DNA of 64,000 nucleotides from Eledone cirrhosa (GCA_964016885.1 OZ024745.1:132060001-132124000); one strand, 5' to 3'. Shown: positions 37,573-51,840, numbered from the stretch's first letter. Translations and numbers: made by a program. The notes: generated by a model not told the origin, from the sequence alone.

Positions 37573-37746
37573 TCTATATATATACCATTGTATATGTATA
37601 TGTATGTACGATAGAAGTGTGTATGTATTTGTCTATATATACCATTGTATATGTATATGTATGTACGATAGAAGTGCGTATGTATTTGTCTATATATACC
37701 ATTGTATATGTATATGTATGTACGATAGAAGTGTGTATGTATTTGA
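37573..37746. repeat. 57-bp minisatellite, 3 copies (unrelated to the 27-31 kb array)
   Basis: ACCATTGTATATG...GTACGATAGAAGTG at 37584, 37641 and 37698. Confidence 0.9.
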
Positions 37747-37851
37747 CATTCCATATCTTTCAATATCTGTTTATGTATGTTTATGTTTGTCTATTTGTCT
37801 GTTTGATATGTCTATTTCTATAATTACATGGTTTTATATAAGAGTAAGTAC

Positions 37852-39880
37852 TTATATAACAAGACATATATGTAACACATGATATATGTAACACATGATA
37901 TATGTAACAAGTGATATATGTAACAAGACATATATGTAACAAGACATATATGTAACAAGTGATATATGTAACAAGTTATATATGTAACAAGTGATATATG
38001 TAACAAGACATATATGTAACAAGTGATATATGTAACAAGACATATATGTAACACATGATATATGTAACAAGTGATATATGTAACAAGTCATATATGTAAC
38101 ACATGATATATGTAACAAGTGATATATGTAACAAGTGATATATGTAACAAGTGATATATGTAACAAGTCATATATGTAACAAGTGATATATGTAACAAGT
38201 CATATATGTAACAAGACATATATGTAACAAGTGATATATGTAACAAGTCATATATGTAACAAGACATATATGTAACAAGTGATATATGTAACAAGACATA
38301 TATGTAACAAGTGATATATGTAACAAGACATATATATAACAAGACATATATGTAACACATGATATATGTAACAAGTCATATATGTAACAAGACATATATG
38401 TAACACATTATATGTAACAAGTGATATATGTAACAAGTGATATATGTAACAAGACATATATGTAACAAGACATATATGTAACAAGACATATATGTAACAA
38501 GACATATATGTAACAAGTGATATATGTAACAAGTCATATATGTAACAAGACATATATGTAACAAGTGATATATGTAACAAGACATATATGTAACAAGTTA
38601 TATGTGTAACAAGTGATATATGTAACAAGTGATATATGTAACAAGACATATATGTAACAAGACATATATGTAACAAGACATATATGTAACAAGACATATA
38701 TGTAACAAGTGATATATGTAACAAGTGATATATGTAACAAGACATATATGTAAAAGTTATATGTGTAACAAGTGATATATGTAACAAGTGATATATGTAA
38801 CAAGACATATATGTAACAAGACATATATGTAACAAGTGATATATGTAACAAGTGATATTTGTAACAAGTGATATTTGTAACAAGACATATATGTAACAAG
38901 ACATATATGTAACAAGTGATATATGTAACAAGTGATATATATAACAAGTGATATATGTAACAAGACATATATGTAACAAGTGATATATGTAACAAGACAT
39001 ATATGTAACAAGTTATATATGTAACAAGTGATATATGTAACAAGACATATATGTAACAAGTGATATTTGTAACAAGACATATATGTAACAAGACATATAT
39101 GTAACAAGACATATATGTAACAAGTGATATATGTAACAAGACATATATGTAACAAGACATATATGTAACAAGTCATATATGTAACAAGACATATATGTAA
39201 CAAGACATATATGTAACAAGACATATATGTAACAAGACATATATGTAACAAGTGATATATGTAACAAGTCATATATGTAACAAGTCATATATGTAACAAG
39301 ACATATATGTAACAAGTGATATATGTAACAAGACATATATGTAACAAGTCATATATGTAACAAGACATATATGTAACAAGACATATATGTAACAAGTCAT
39401 ATATGTAACAAGTCATATATGTAACAAGACATATATGTAACAAGTGATATATGTAACAAGACATATATGTAACAAGTGATATATGTAACAAGACATATAT
39501 GTAACAAGTGATATATGTAACAAGACATATATATAACAAGTGATATATGTAACAAGTTATATGTGTAACAAGACATATATGTAACCAAACATATATGTTA
39601 AAAGTGATATATGTAACAAGTTATGTGTAACAAGACATATATCTAACAAGACATATATGTAACAAGTGATATATGTAACAAGACATATATGTAACAAGAC
39701 ATATATGTAACAAGACATATATGTAACAAGACATATATGTAACAAGTGATATATGTAACAAGACATATATCTAACAAGACATATATGTAACAAGTGATAT
39801 ATGTAACAAGACATATATGTAACAAGTGATATATGTAACACATGATATTTGTAACAAGTCATATATGTAGCAAGTGATAT
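37852..39880. repeat. 16-bp minisatellite, ~125 copies
   Basis: Unit GTAACAAG(TG/AC/TC/TT)ATATAT. Confidence 0.98.
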
Positions 39881-40574
39881 ACGTATATTCTCTTATAAAA
39901 GTGTGTTTTTCTATAAAGTTTGCTGTGGCTTTCAGCATATCAAGGCAGGTTTTTATTTATTGCTTTCTGCTTAGTTGTTACTTATTATGCTGTGGCTATG
40001 ATGTGTATTTTTTGTGGGGTTTATGTATGTATGTATGTATGTATGTGTGTATGTATGTTAGAAATAGTTGGGCTGGATACCCGATCGCGCGGTTAAACCA
40101 CTGGGAGTGAAGGACCCCTAGCCTTTGTCAGGGCATTCTTCTAGGAGAAGGCAACTCAGGAAACTGGGATAACTCAGATATAAAACCTGCAGCTCAGTAG
40201 TTATCGATGATGTTGATCTTTTCTTCTTTTCGGGTTATAGCTACTCAGAGAGTGGGATTGGCTCAGTGCACAGTCTTTCCTCACTTTAAAAAATATCTTC
40301 ACGCACAGGCATTGCACGATAGAATTAATTAATAATTATTAATAATGTTATATTGTGCAATGGCTATACTCGATAATAAGGGGGCAGCCATCAAGTATGT
40401 ATGTAAGTATGTATGTATGTGTGTATGTATCTGTGTGTGTTTGTGTGTGTGTGTCCGAGCATGTGTGGAACATGTTTAGTTAGATATGAATTAACATAAT
40501 CACACACACATATATATATATATATACATGTGTGTGTATATATAAATGTGTGTGTGTATATATAAATGTGTGTG

Positions 40575-40610
<36 letters not shown>

Positions 40611-40670
40611 TATTCTATATATACATACATGTATATATATATATATATTCTATATATACATGTATATATA

Positions 40671-40701
<31 letters not shown>

Positions 40702-40724
40702 ATATATATATGTATTTGTGAGTG

Positions 40725-40758
<34 letters not shown>

Positions 40759-40768
40759 AATATATATA

Positions 40769-41103
40769 TGGCTTAGTGGTTAGAGCATTGGCCTTGCAAA
40801 CGAAAGGTTGTGAGTTCAATTCTCTGACCGGGTGATGTGTTGTTTCCTTGAGCAAGACACTTTATTTCACATTGCTCCAGTTTACTCAGCTGTAGAAATG
40901 AGATGATAGGGACTGGGGTCCATATCATTCCACTGCAAAGTGGTCGTGGAGGTGCCACGGCAAAAAAGCACCCAGCACTCACTGTAAATGAGGTTGGTGT
41001 TAGGAAGGGTATCCAGCTGTAGAAATCAAGCCAGAATCAGTTCCCGTCCAACCCTTGCAAGCAGGGAACAGTGGACGTAAAATGATGATGATGATGATGA
41101 TGA
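40769..41103 (+). mobile_element. SINE family A
   Basis: Near-identical to 1796-2125; (ATG)n tail; preceded by (TA)n. Confidence 0.88.
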
Positions 41104-41944
41104 TATGTCTGTTTGTGTGTATATATATAAATATATATATATGTGTGTGTGTACATACATATATGCATATGTGTATAGGTTTACCCATATGTTTGTAAGT
41201 ATTTATTAATAAGCACTTGAGGTTAGATCAGTATTTATATGCATGTGTATATATACGGCTCTGTATATATGTGTTTATGTATACGTATGCATATATGGGT
41301 CTATATATATGTATGTATATATGGGTCTATGAATATGTACGTATATATACATATCTACATATGTTTCTATATACAGGTTTTATATTTCCTGGAAATTCTT
41401 TTTGGACATGTTCAAATTACCAAATAGTAAATCTTATAAATAAGCAGTATATAAGATCTTATGTTTAAATTTAAGTAACTTATTGGAAATATTTATCATT
41501 TATCCAAATATAATGTTAGGAGTGTTTATATAAATATAACTTTGATTTTAAAGATGTGTGTCTAGGTTTCATATGAAATAATATCTAAAATTGAAGAATT
41601 CTAATAATGGTTTACATCACCAAACTTCAAATCTGTACAAGAAACAAAGTGATCTTCTGGACAGAACATTTCATTATAGAATGAAGGTAACAAACTCTAT
41701 TATTTTATTATCTGTTATAAACATAAACATTATGTCAACTATATTTTACAAACAGAAGTTATTAATAATGGATCATCATCATCATCATCATTGTTTAACG
41801 TCTATCTTCCACGCTAGCATAGGTTTAGGCGGTAATTGTCCCACGTGAGGCAAAATTGGTTGTCTTGCTTGTATAGGACTGTTTGGCAGGTTTTCTACGG
41901 CTGGATGCCCTTCCTAACACAAACCACGTTTACAGTGTGGATAT

Positions 41945-42400
41945 ATGAACAAAAAGATTTTTTTTAAATTAAGAAACAAAAAAGGGGAGATCTGACTGCA
42001 TGGGAAAGTAGAGGAAAGAACTATAAATCCCTTAAATGAGAGGAAAAGGAGGGAAAGAACAAGGACTATTAGACAACAGAATAATGAGAGGGAGAAGGTG
42101 AGATGGTGACAGACTATATGCTTAGGGTGGGGTGGTGTTTTGGCTGTGTCCTGTGGACAAAACTGCAAAGGAATTTGCGTGGACAATGGCCAGCAACACT
42201 TGCTGCAACAGCCATCCCACCTCATGGGACTCCTTCCTCAGACAGGTTTTTGATATTACAGAGGAGCTTGGCTGTCTGGTGTCTGATGATACCTGAGGTT
42301 TCAACGGCAACCAGTGCCAAGAGGAATCAAGTCAACAAGTCCCACTATTTGCTTGTCTGCCTGTCTTCTCCATTGTGGCCCACATTACCCTCAAAATAAC
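41945..42400 (-). pseudogene. CRE-like C-terminal relic plus 3' UTR
   Basis: LVAVETSGII...HEVGWLLQQVLLAIVHANSFAVLSTG; 3' UTR shared with 52220-52385 and 48495-48780. Confidence 0.7.
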
Positions 42401-42624
42401 ATATCAAACTCTTTTATTGTTTTATTGGTTTCTGTTAATGGTTGCAGCCCTGCAGAATTACTTTCAGAGGATTAGCTGACCCCAGCACTGATGTCCTTCA
42501 GCGGCTTCTTTTATTGACCCCTATTGTTTGGACTGTTACATTAAAAGACACAACATTACATTTTAGACTGGAATGAACTTAAACACACACACACACACAC
42601 ACATGCACACACACACGCACACAC

Positions 42625-42701
<77 letters not shown>

Positions 42702-42779
42702 TACACACATACACACATACACACACATGGTGGGCTTCCACAGTTTACATTTACTAAATTCTACTATCAAGTTATTAGT

Positions 42780-43117
42780 CAGCAGGAGACCCTGGGGTCA
42801 AGCAAGCAAGATGGTTAGTTAACATCCATAAGCTTAGCTTGTCTCTCTTGTCTCTTGGGGATCCAGGTGGATCAGTTGGAAAGGGTTACTTCTGACAGGA
42901 CCCACTGGAAGGAGATTGTTTGAGGACTCTGACCCCATGACCCTCTCAGGAATAAGTGAGCGAAGAAGAAGAAGAAGAAGAAGAAGGAGGAGGAGAAGAA
43001 TGGGGAGGAGGACAAGAAGAAGAAGAAGAAGAAGAAGAAGAAGAAGAAGAAGAAGAAGAAGAAGAAGAAGAAGAAGGAGGAGAAGAATGAGGAGGAGGAC
43101 AAGAAGAAGAAGAAGAC
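42780..43117 (+). mobile_element. Rex3/Expander-like RTE 3' end with (GAA)n tail
   Basis: LGIQVDQLERVTSDRTHWK followed by a long (GAA)n; homologous to 47715-47940. Confidence 0.75.
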
Positions 43118-43711
43118 TGTCAATGGAAGGTTACAGTAGAAGTCAATTGGCCAGGATGTTATTCAATATGACTGACCTGGTGCCTAAACCACTTGTGAAG
43201 CTGTCTACTCCACATTGTTGGGAAGTGGGGTGGTGTTGAGGGTTGGTATACCTGAGCTGGGTAGTGGGGTGGTGTTGGGGGTTGGTGTACATGTGGCTGG
43301 GCACCTCTTGTGCAACCTATTGGCCAAAGAAACTCCATTGAAATGAACTTACACCCTGAATTCCTCCAGTGGTGTCAGCTCAACCCTCCCCAGGTAAACA
43401 CCGCCACAGGTACATGTAAAATTTATATTAATTAATAAATAAGAGAACTAGCTGTACCAAGACTATTGCAGACCCTCTTAGATCTGTGAAGTCATTACGG
43501 CTGGAGGCCTTTTTTTTTTGAACATTGGTAAAATATGGGCTGGGAGGGAACTGCAGAGAAGTGCAGTTCTAAGGACAAATGATTAAGAAAAGGGTTTAAT
43601 TGAGATTAAAGGATGGAGTAAGTCAGATAAATCATCATCATCATCGTCATTTTACTCCCCCCTTTCCATGTTGGCATGGGTTGGACAGGTTTAAAATTTA
43701 AAAATAGTGAT

Positions 43712-43922
43712 ATCTACTATAGACACAAGTCCAGCAATTTTGGGAGAGGAGGAAAGTCGATTAAATCGACCCCAGTGCATTACTGGTGCTTTATTTTATC
43801 GATCCCATAAGGATGAAAAGCAAAGCTAATCTTTGCAGGATTTAAACTCAGAAAGCATAGGGGCGTAACTCTATGCCACAAAGCATGATGTCCGGCACTC
43901 TACTGATACTGCCAATCCACCA
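43712..43922 (-). mobile_element. SINE family B (long variant)
   Basis: Reverse complement has GTGGATTGGCAGTATCAGTAGAG...CTGAGTTTAAATCC, core and tail. Confidence 0.78.
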
Positions 43923-44289
43923 AGGAAGCATGTTTCAATTCAAACTTAGAAAACAACTGTAAATAAATTCAATGTTCCTATATTTTATGGTTTGATTTAA
44001 ATCACATTCAAGACAGACTGTATATAAATCTCAGACAATACTTTGTTAAATAAACCTAAAGATAGCTGAAGGAATAATACAACTCAAATGTAGACACAAT
44101 TGTTTTAGGATAACTGAAATCCATAAATATTAAAATACAGATTTGATTTATTGAACATAAAAAAAATAGTGTAAACAATGTATTGAAACAAGAATTATAA
44201 TCATTATTATTAAATCTCATGAATGAGAGCCATTAAACCACTATAATTAGATATATCTATTGTAAATGACAACACATTCAGTCACTAAT

Positions 44290-45100
44290 TTATGATTGTA
44301 GCTTTCAGCCAGAAGACATCATTAGATGGTGGCCAGCTTGTCTTAGGTATTTTATCTGTAAACTATAATATGCTGGTAAGTTGGCAGTGATGTCCAGTCA
44401 TTAACCATCATCTGGTGTTCAGCTGAATATCTCCCACCTTTTCTAGAGTCATCAAGATGTTATTTCTGCTGCCTTACTACTTTTTCGGTGGCCCTTTCTC
44501 TCCATGGTTTCCTCACATCCTATCAGAATGGTTCTCTTTGTCTCCTTAGATTATATAATAATATTTATTACACCTCAAGAATATTTGGAGAACCGAGGTG
44601 TATTTTTCTTCCCAGACTACCATCTCTCATGAGTGTGCTCCTCTTTTTAGTTTATTTTGGAGAAATGTGGTTCCTCCCTCTTTTTGATAAACTGAGTGAA
44701 AGGTATAAGACCAATGTGACATTGGCCTAAAATTGTTTCTCTCTCGTCTGTGCTAAGATGTCAGCCAGGGATTTGAGGACCTTGTCATGGGACTTATGTG
44801 CAATCTTTCACCAGGGATTTGAGGACCTTGTCATGGGACTTATGTGCAATCTTTCACCATGACAGTATGTGCATCATTGTTTCCCTCCCTCCATATAATC
44901 TACATGGTCGGTTCTCCCTCATTTCTCACACATACAGGTATGTTGGTGTTGAAAAGTTTTGTACACTGATCAGAGCAGGAAGGAGACATGTTCTAAAACT
45001 CAGGTCACATAGTCGTTTGCTTTAGCAAGTCCTATTTTGTCCAAGCTCCTTCCCCATATACAAACAGTGTAGACTATGTAAAGGTAGAAACCTATGGTAG
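44290..45100 (-). pseudogene. HERO-like (RLE) non-LTR retrotransposon C-terminal relic
   Basis: Minus strand SFLL*SVY, CRLYGGRETMMHILS, HDKVLKSLADIL and KAAEITS**L*KR match the HERO zinc-knuckle/RLE region; ~46-bp internal duplication at 44765-44858. Confidence 0.65.
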
Positions 45101-45224
45101 CAAGGTTTCGGAATCTTCTAATACTACCTCTGTAAAACTTGAATTAAAAAAAAAATTAATTTCTTTCATATTCTTTACAAGAGATTTCAGTTTAAATCTT
45201 GTGTATTGAAACAAACGTTGCATA

Positions 45225-46302
45225 TTGTTTCACATTCAACATATTGTAGAGCCATTCTTCACATTCAACATATTGTAGAGCCATTCTTCACATTTAACAT
45301 TGTAGAGCTGTTCTTCACATTTAACATAGTGTAGAACCATTCTTCACATTTAACATCGTAGAGCTGTTCTTCACATTTAACATAGTGTAGAACCATTCTT
45401 CACATTTAACATAATGTAGATCTGTTCTTCACATTTAACATTGTAGAGCCATTCTTCACATTTAACATTGAAGAGCTGTTCTTCACATTTAACATTGAAG
45501 AGCTGTTCTTCACATTTAACATATTGTAAAGCTGTTCTTCACATTTAACATTGTAGAGCCATTCTTCACATTTAACATTGAAGAGCTGTTCTTCACATTT
45601 AACATATTGTAAAGCTGTTCTTCACATTTAACATTGTAGAGTCATTCTTCACATTTAACATATTGTATAGCTATTCTTCCCATTTAACATTGTAGAGCCA
45701 TTCTTCACATTTAACATATTGTAGAGCTATTCTTCACATTTAACATTGTAGAGCTATTCTTCACATTTAACATTGTAGAGCTATTCTTCACATTTAACAT
45801 TGTAGAGTCATTCTTCACATTTAACATATTGTAGAGCTATTCTTCCCATTTAACATTGTAGAGCCATTCTTCACATTTAACATATTGTAGAGCTATTCTT
45901 CACATTTAACATTGTAGAGCTATTCTTCACATTTAACATTGTAGAGCCATTCTTCACATTTAACATTGAAGAGCTGTTCTTCCCATTTAACATACTGTAG
46001 AGCTGTTCTTCACATTTAACATTGAAGAGCCATTCTTCCCATTTAACATATTGTAGAGCTGTTCTTCACATTTAATATTGTAGAGTCATTCTTCACATTT
46101 AACATATTGTAGAGTTATTCTTCACATTTAACATTGTAGAGACATTCTTCACATTTAACGTAGTGTAGAGCTAGTCTTCCCATTTAACATTGTAGAGCCA
46201 TTCTTCACATTTAACATATTGTAGAGCTAGTCTTCTCATTTAACATAGTGTAGAGCCATTCTTCACATTTAACATATTGTACAGCTATTCTTCACATTTA
46301 AC
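45225..46302. repeat. 27/29-bp minisatellite, ~38 copies
   Basis: Unit TTCTTCACATTTAAC(AT)ATTGTAGAGC(C/T)(A/G). Confidence 0.97.
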
Positions 46303-47461
46303 AAACACATCAATAACTGTTATTCTTTCTATTAGTCTGTATAACAGTTGATAATATCAATCTTTACACATTTGTAAGCTGATGTATTGTTACATACAGC
46401 CCCTTTAAATATTAGTGAACAGCCATTAAACAATGAAAGATTTTGATAATTTTAACACTGAAAACTAAATAATAAAGAGTTATGTGTTTAACAAATAACC
46501 AGTTTAACTCCACCAATAGACAAGAATATGTAATACAAGAAAAACAAAACAAATTTAACATAAAATATTTCTTTTCCCAATGAAGACCTTTTTTTTCCAA
46601 ATGATGTAACATATGGCAAATTGTCTTAATTATCAAAATAAATTCATTATTTACAGCAACTATATATGCCGAGAGAAAAAAAAAATGGAAATGATATTTA
46701 TTTGAAATATCTTTTGTGATTAGATCAAAATTTCTCATCTTTTCTCAAAGCATATAATTAGGAGAAATTGTTAGAAAATTAACTTACTAGAACATTTTTT
46801 TAAAGGAAAAACAAAACTACAATAGAAAACAACAACAAAACCCCCATTAGCTGAAGGTTATATGAAATTAATGAAATAGATTTAAAAGAGGCAATATATA
46901 GAAATTATAGCAATAACTCTTGTTAAATTGAAATACATTTAAAAATTTTCCCAAAAGGATAATTTATTTAAGCAATGTATAAATGATTCAAGCTACATTG
47001 TAAGAAGTTGCTTTTCTTACTTTAAATTTGTTTTTCATTTTATTCAACATGAGCTTTTTAACTTAATTTTCTTCTTAATAAATGCCTTGCTAGCATCAAC
47101 AAAGCTCAGACAATAAACTGGCTAATCTCTTTATATGTTGCTTAAAGAATCAGGATTTCTATTTGTTTTTTTTTTATTGCTTCTAGATTATATTCTACTT
47201 TCTTCTGCATCATTATTTATCAGTTAGAACTAAACTGCTGATGTTATGCCTAACAAAATATACACCTACTTACTTGTTGTTCTCTTTATCAATCTTTGTT
47301 TGTCTGTCTGTGTCTCTCAATTTTCTTAACTCTGTAGATTAGTAGTAAGTTCCCAACAATGCAAGTTCAATTATCATTCGAGAAATCTTACTTCTTCTAC
47401 GTGAAATTTATAGTCATATTCACTAACCTGGAAAACACAATTGCTATGAAGCTGAATTATT

Positions 47462-47632
47462 TGTAGAGGGCCGGACGCCATGCTTTGACGCATAGAGTTA
47501 TGGCCCTTGCCATTCTGAGTTCAAATCCAGCCGAAGTTAACTTTGCCTTTCATTCTTACGGGGTCGATAAAATATAGTACCAGTGCATTACTGGATTAAT
47601 TGCTGGCCTTGTGCCAAAAGTAGAAACAATCA
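47462..47632 (+). mobile_element. SINE family B
   Basis: Highly similar to 140-320 and 60528-60713. Confidence 0.8.
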
Positions 47633-47714
47633 TTCTTAACTTTCAGAGAGGAATTGAACATTTCTATCTGCTAATCTATTTATCCATCTTGACTGTGTAT
47701 GTATATATTGTTAT

Positions 47715-48180
47715 AGTCCTCCTCCTCTTCCTCCTTCTTCTTCTTCATTCTTCGCCCAGTTATTCCTGAGAGACTCATGGGGGTGGGGTGGGGCAGGGTC
47801 CTCAAACATTCCTTCCAGTGGGTCCTGTCAGAAGCAACCATCTCCAACTGATCCGGCTGGATCCCCAAGTGAAACCAGCCAAGCTCATGGATGTTATCCA
47901 ACTATCTTATTTGGAGTCTACCCCTGGGTCTCCTGCCGGTTGGTTTTGTCCGTAAAATTTGTCTAGTGGTTCTTTCCTAAGAATCTGGAGAGGTAGCAGC
48001 TCTACCTAGAGCAGCTCTCTGATCTCTGAGTTACAAATCTGTCCAGTGATTCTTTCCTGAGATATTCTAACTGCATGTCCATAGTATTGGAGCTGTAATC
48101 TCTCAATTCAGAGAAGTACCAGCTAGAGTGACTCTCTGATCTCTGAGCTATGCACTCTATCTTTAGAGTTGACTGTTTAT
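47715..48180 (-). pseudogene. Rex3/Expander-like RTE C-terminal relic
   Basis: DRVHSSEIRESL, IERLQLQYYGHAVR, GRRPRGR, LGWFHLGIQPDQLEMVASDRTHW; GAA/GGA tail. Confidence 0.78.
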
Positions 48181-49474
48181 ATTGCTATACAACTGTGTGT
48201 AGGTTGGTTCTATTAGTGTATATGTATATGTTTTTGTCTATCTGCCAATGTCTCTACTCTTTTATTCTTCTATGTGTTCCAGTGATAAGGCTGAGGCCAT
48301 GCTGGGCTAATCCTAAAAGTGATCGTCAGAAAAATGGAGATAACAGTAGTGGTGGCATCACACCCATTACAACTGAGCTAATAACTTAATAATAACAATG
48401 CTAATGTTAATCAGTTTAATGATAAGAATCAGACGACACCATCATCATCTACAAAGTTATTTAGTGGGGGTTAGAAATAATTGATATATAAATGTTTAGC
48501 TATGGTTTTATTATGTCAACTATGTTTTACAAACAGAAGTTATAAAATGGTGGAAATATTAAAAAAAGATAAAAACAAAATTAATAAATGAAAAAAAACA
48601 AAAACAAGGGGGAAAAAGTTAAAGAAAGATAGATCTGGCTGTAAAGGAAAGTAGAAGAAAGGACTATAAATGTCATAAATGAGAGGAAAAGGAGGGAAAG
48701 AACAAGGACTATTAGGGAATGGACGAAAGAGAGAAGGAAGGGGAGAGGGTGACAGACTTTGTGCCTAAGTCAGGACAGTATTTCAGTTATTTTCATTTAA
48801 CACTTGTTTTCCAAGATGGTAGAGGTTAAGCAGACTTACAGTACGGCATATCACTCTGTTGGAAATGTGACATCTCTTTTACAAGGTTCAATAGGCTAAG
48901 ATTATGTTTCACATGTTCTTCTCACATGTGTTTTGATATTTTGTTTTAACACACTTTTTACTACCACAATTAGCAGAACACTTACCTCTCTTGTTTTAAT
49001 TGGCTGAGAAATTCTATCAGATGCAACTACCAAATAGATCCTAATTAATTTGTTTCCCTCCAGCTGCCTCATAACCTCTTCATTTAATTACTACACCTGA
49101 CTACCTTGCAACATCAGAATATCTATGCTAAAGACTATCCTGTCTTTTTTGTACTTCAAGCACTACATTATCTAAACTCTTCTTTGTTTTTAAGACAGTA
49201 AGTTGTGATTTAAAGATGATTTATCTGCCTCTTTAAACTGGTTGAGCAACATGTACCACCTCAGTAACTAAAACCATCTTTTTTATCTGACATAAGTAAC
49301 ATATTGATTACTTTTGATGGGCCTATATGTATATTGTGAAGTCCTTATTTTATATCATCTGTTTTAAGCAACATTCTTCTGAAGTGTGAAAAGAAAAGAA
49401 GCCAATAGTCAGATGTGACGAAGGAAACTGTAAATATATGGAAAAATATTATAATAGAGAAATAAGATATTGAA

Positions 49475-49971
49475 AAATGTGGGAAGTAGAGGCTACAAGT
49501 AGTGGAAATATGTGTTGGTTGGAGGATAGCAGTCAAAGAAAGACATAACTAATAGGAAATTTGGGCAGTAGAGGCTACAAGTAGTGGATATATGTGTTGG
49601 TAGGGGGATAACAGTCAAGGAAAGACATAACTAATAGGAAATGTGGGAAGTAGAGGCTACAAGTAGTGGAAATATGTGTTGGTTGGGGGATAACAGTCAA
49701 AGAAAGACATAACTAATAGGAAATGTGGGAAGTAGAGGCTACAAGTAGTGGATATATGTGTTGGTAGGGGGATAACAGTCAAAGAAAGACATAACTAATA
49801 GGAAATGTGGGAAGTAGAGGCTACAAGTAGTGGATATATGTGTTGGTTGGGGGATAACAGTCAAAGAAAGACATAACTAATAGGAAATGTGGGAAGTAGA
49901 GGCTACAAGTAGTGGATATATGTGTTGGTAGGGGGATAACAGTCAAAGAAAGACATAACTAATAGGAAATT
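49475..49971. repeat. 82-bp minisatellite, 6 copies
   Basis: GGGAAGTAGAGGCTACAAGTAGTGG... at 49481, 49563, 49645 and onward. Confidence 0.97.
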
Positions 49972-50149
49972 TGGCATATTTGAAAACTGAGAAAAGAAAA
50001 GATTAAAGATATGAAGGGAAGATAAGTAGGTGGTGAAGGGGATGTGGGATATCTTTTAAACTAAGGAGGAGGAATGATGAGGAGACAAAAGTGTATGCAA
50101 GGGTTATCATACTGTAGACATGTTAAGGAGGTTGAAGTCAAGTAGGAGA

Positions 50150-50565
50150 ATGGTGATGCCCATGAGGGTGCCTGGCTGTTTCAATACCTTAATCTCACCA
50201 TCATCTGGCCTTATTGAGGTGTCAGGTGATGCCCATGAGGGTGACTGGCTGTTTCAATACCTTAGCCTCACCATCATCTGGCCTTATTGAGATGTCAGGT
50301 AATGCCCATGAGGGTGCCTGGCTGTTTCAATACCTTAGCCTCACCATCAGCCATGGTAATGCTGCAAGTGGGCTGGCTTGCCTCAAATGTTTCTGTTGAT
50401 CCTTGTGGTGTGTGGCTGATTGTAGCACTTGGTGGTGAATTGATGGTTGTTTTTGTTTATTTGTTGTTTTTTACTTTCCTTTTCTATTTCTCTTGCTTTG
50501 ATCCTATATTTTTGTGCCTTACATTTGTGAGGTTCCTAGCAATATTTAACAGTATTTATTAAAAA
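50150..50565 (+). pseudogene. CRE-like C-terminal relic containing a 73-bp tandem repeat (~2.7 copies)
   Basis: GNAHEGAWLFQYLSLTISHGNAAS; repeat starts at 50152, 50225 and 50298. Confidence 0.65.
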
Positions 50566-50856
50566 CCAAAAACAAATTTATTAATGCCTGTGGGAGACGA
50601 AGTTTCTAGACTAAAAATAAGATGTTTTTCTCTACCCTTGTAAGTGTATGACAAGCGATGGTGCATGAGTACAACACAAACTGAAGTGGCTTGCTAAATT
50701 GGTCGTTTGAGTTTACAGAATCATCACCATCTTACGCTTGGGTACCAAATGATTTTGTTAAGGTTGTTAAAGAAGTTTCAGCTTTCTCCTTCCACATTTA
50801 TAGAAATTGTTGAAGAAATCTAAACCAAATCTTTTTTACCCAAGAAGTCTTTAGCC

Positions 50857-51257
50857 AAGAAGTAGTAAACTGTAAAATAATATTTAAATACTGACAATAA
50901 ACCTTTGTCAGTTGTATAGTGCTCCTGCTGTTCATAGTAATAGACTTTACTTTGCCATGGTGCCTATTTAAATGGAAGTAGACTGGGTCATTAAGATATA
51001 TGTGTATTTACAAGAAAAATAATGCACTACTAGGATCAGATTTAAACCACCAACACTTTAATTAGTAGGTAAGCACCTTGATCAACTGTTATTTAATTAC
51101 AAAATAGTGCTGCGATGATGATAACTAAATTAACTATTTTTATTATTATTTAGACATGTTCAAGAAATGGTTTAACCCTTTAGTTACCAACCTGGTCGAA
51201 ACCAGCTCTGGTTCTATGAAATAAAACCACCCATTTTAAAGGATTCCGATTTAAATT
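50857..51257 (+). repeat. ~400-bp direct repeat, copy 1
   Basis: Nearly identical to 52386-52786 (offset 1529 bp). Confidence 0.95.
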
Positions 51258-51336
51258 TAAATTTTCCAGCAAAATTCTTTATCGATTAATTGAAATAGAG
51301 TGTATTTCACTAGGAATGTGGTGATGAAATGGTTAA
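51172..51336. mobile_element. piggyBac-like MITE
   Basis: TTAA-CCCTTTAGTTACC ... GGTGATGAAATGG-TTAA; homologous to 26320-26536. Confidence 0.6.
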
Positions 51337-51624
51337 GGAAGCTAAGCTAAATATCTTAGCACTATAGTTTTCAACTATAAATTGACATTATTTAAACTCT
51401 GATAACAAACTAACATCAATTATATTGATATTATTGTTTACAAATGTCAAATGATTTGATTTTAATATCAATCATGCCACCTGCAAATAGTAGAAATCAT
51501 TATTGTTTACAAATGTAGATTCAACCTCACCCGAGTACTTATTTACAGCAAGGTGAACTATTCTGTGGAAGGTTACGCATCATTTTCAAGAATACTGCAC
51601 TGATGATAGTTAAGGTGAGGGTGA

Positions 51625-51840
51625 AGGATTGGCAGTGTTGGTAGAGCTTTGAACAGCTTTACAGCTCCATATAGTTACAGCTCTTTATGTTCTGAGATCA
51701 AATCCCATTGAGGTTAGCTTTGCCTTTCACCCTTATGGGGTCGATAAATTAAAGCCTCAGGTATGCACTGGGGTTGATTTAATCACCTTTCTCCTTCCCT
51801 TTAAATTGCTGGCCCTGTGCCAAAAGCAGAGACAATCATT
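51625..51840 (+). mobile_element. SINE family B (long variant)
   Basis: GATTGGCAGTGTTGGTAGAG...CTGAGATCAAATCCC...GCCTTTCACCCTTATGGGGTCGATAAA...GCTGGCCCTGTGCCAAAAG. Confidence 0.75.

Noticed and set aside
44295-44330. Minus-strand CTAATGA...GAAAGCTA as a hammerhead
   Set aside because: Core mismatch, no stem I, and it lies at the 3' end of the HERO-like relic.
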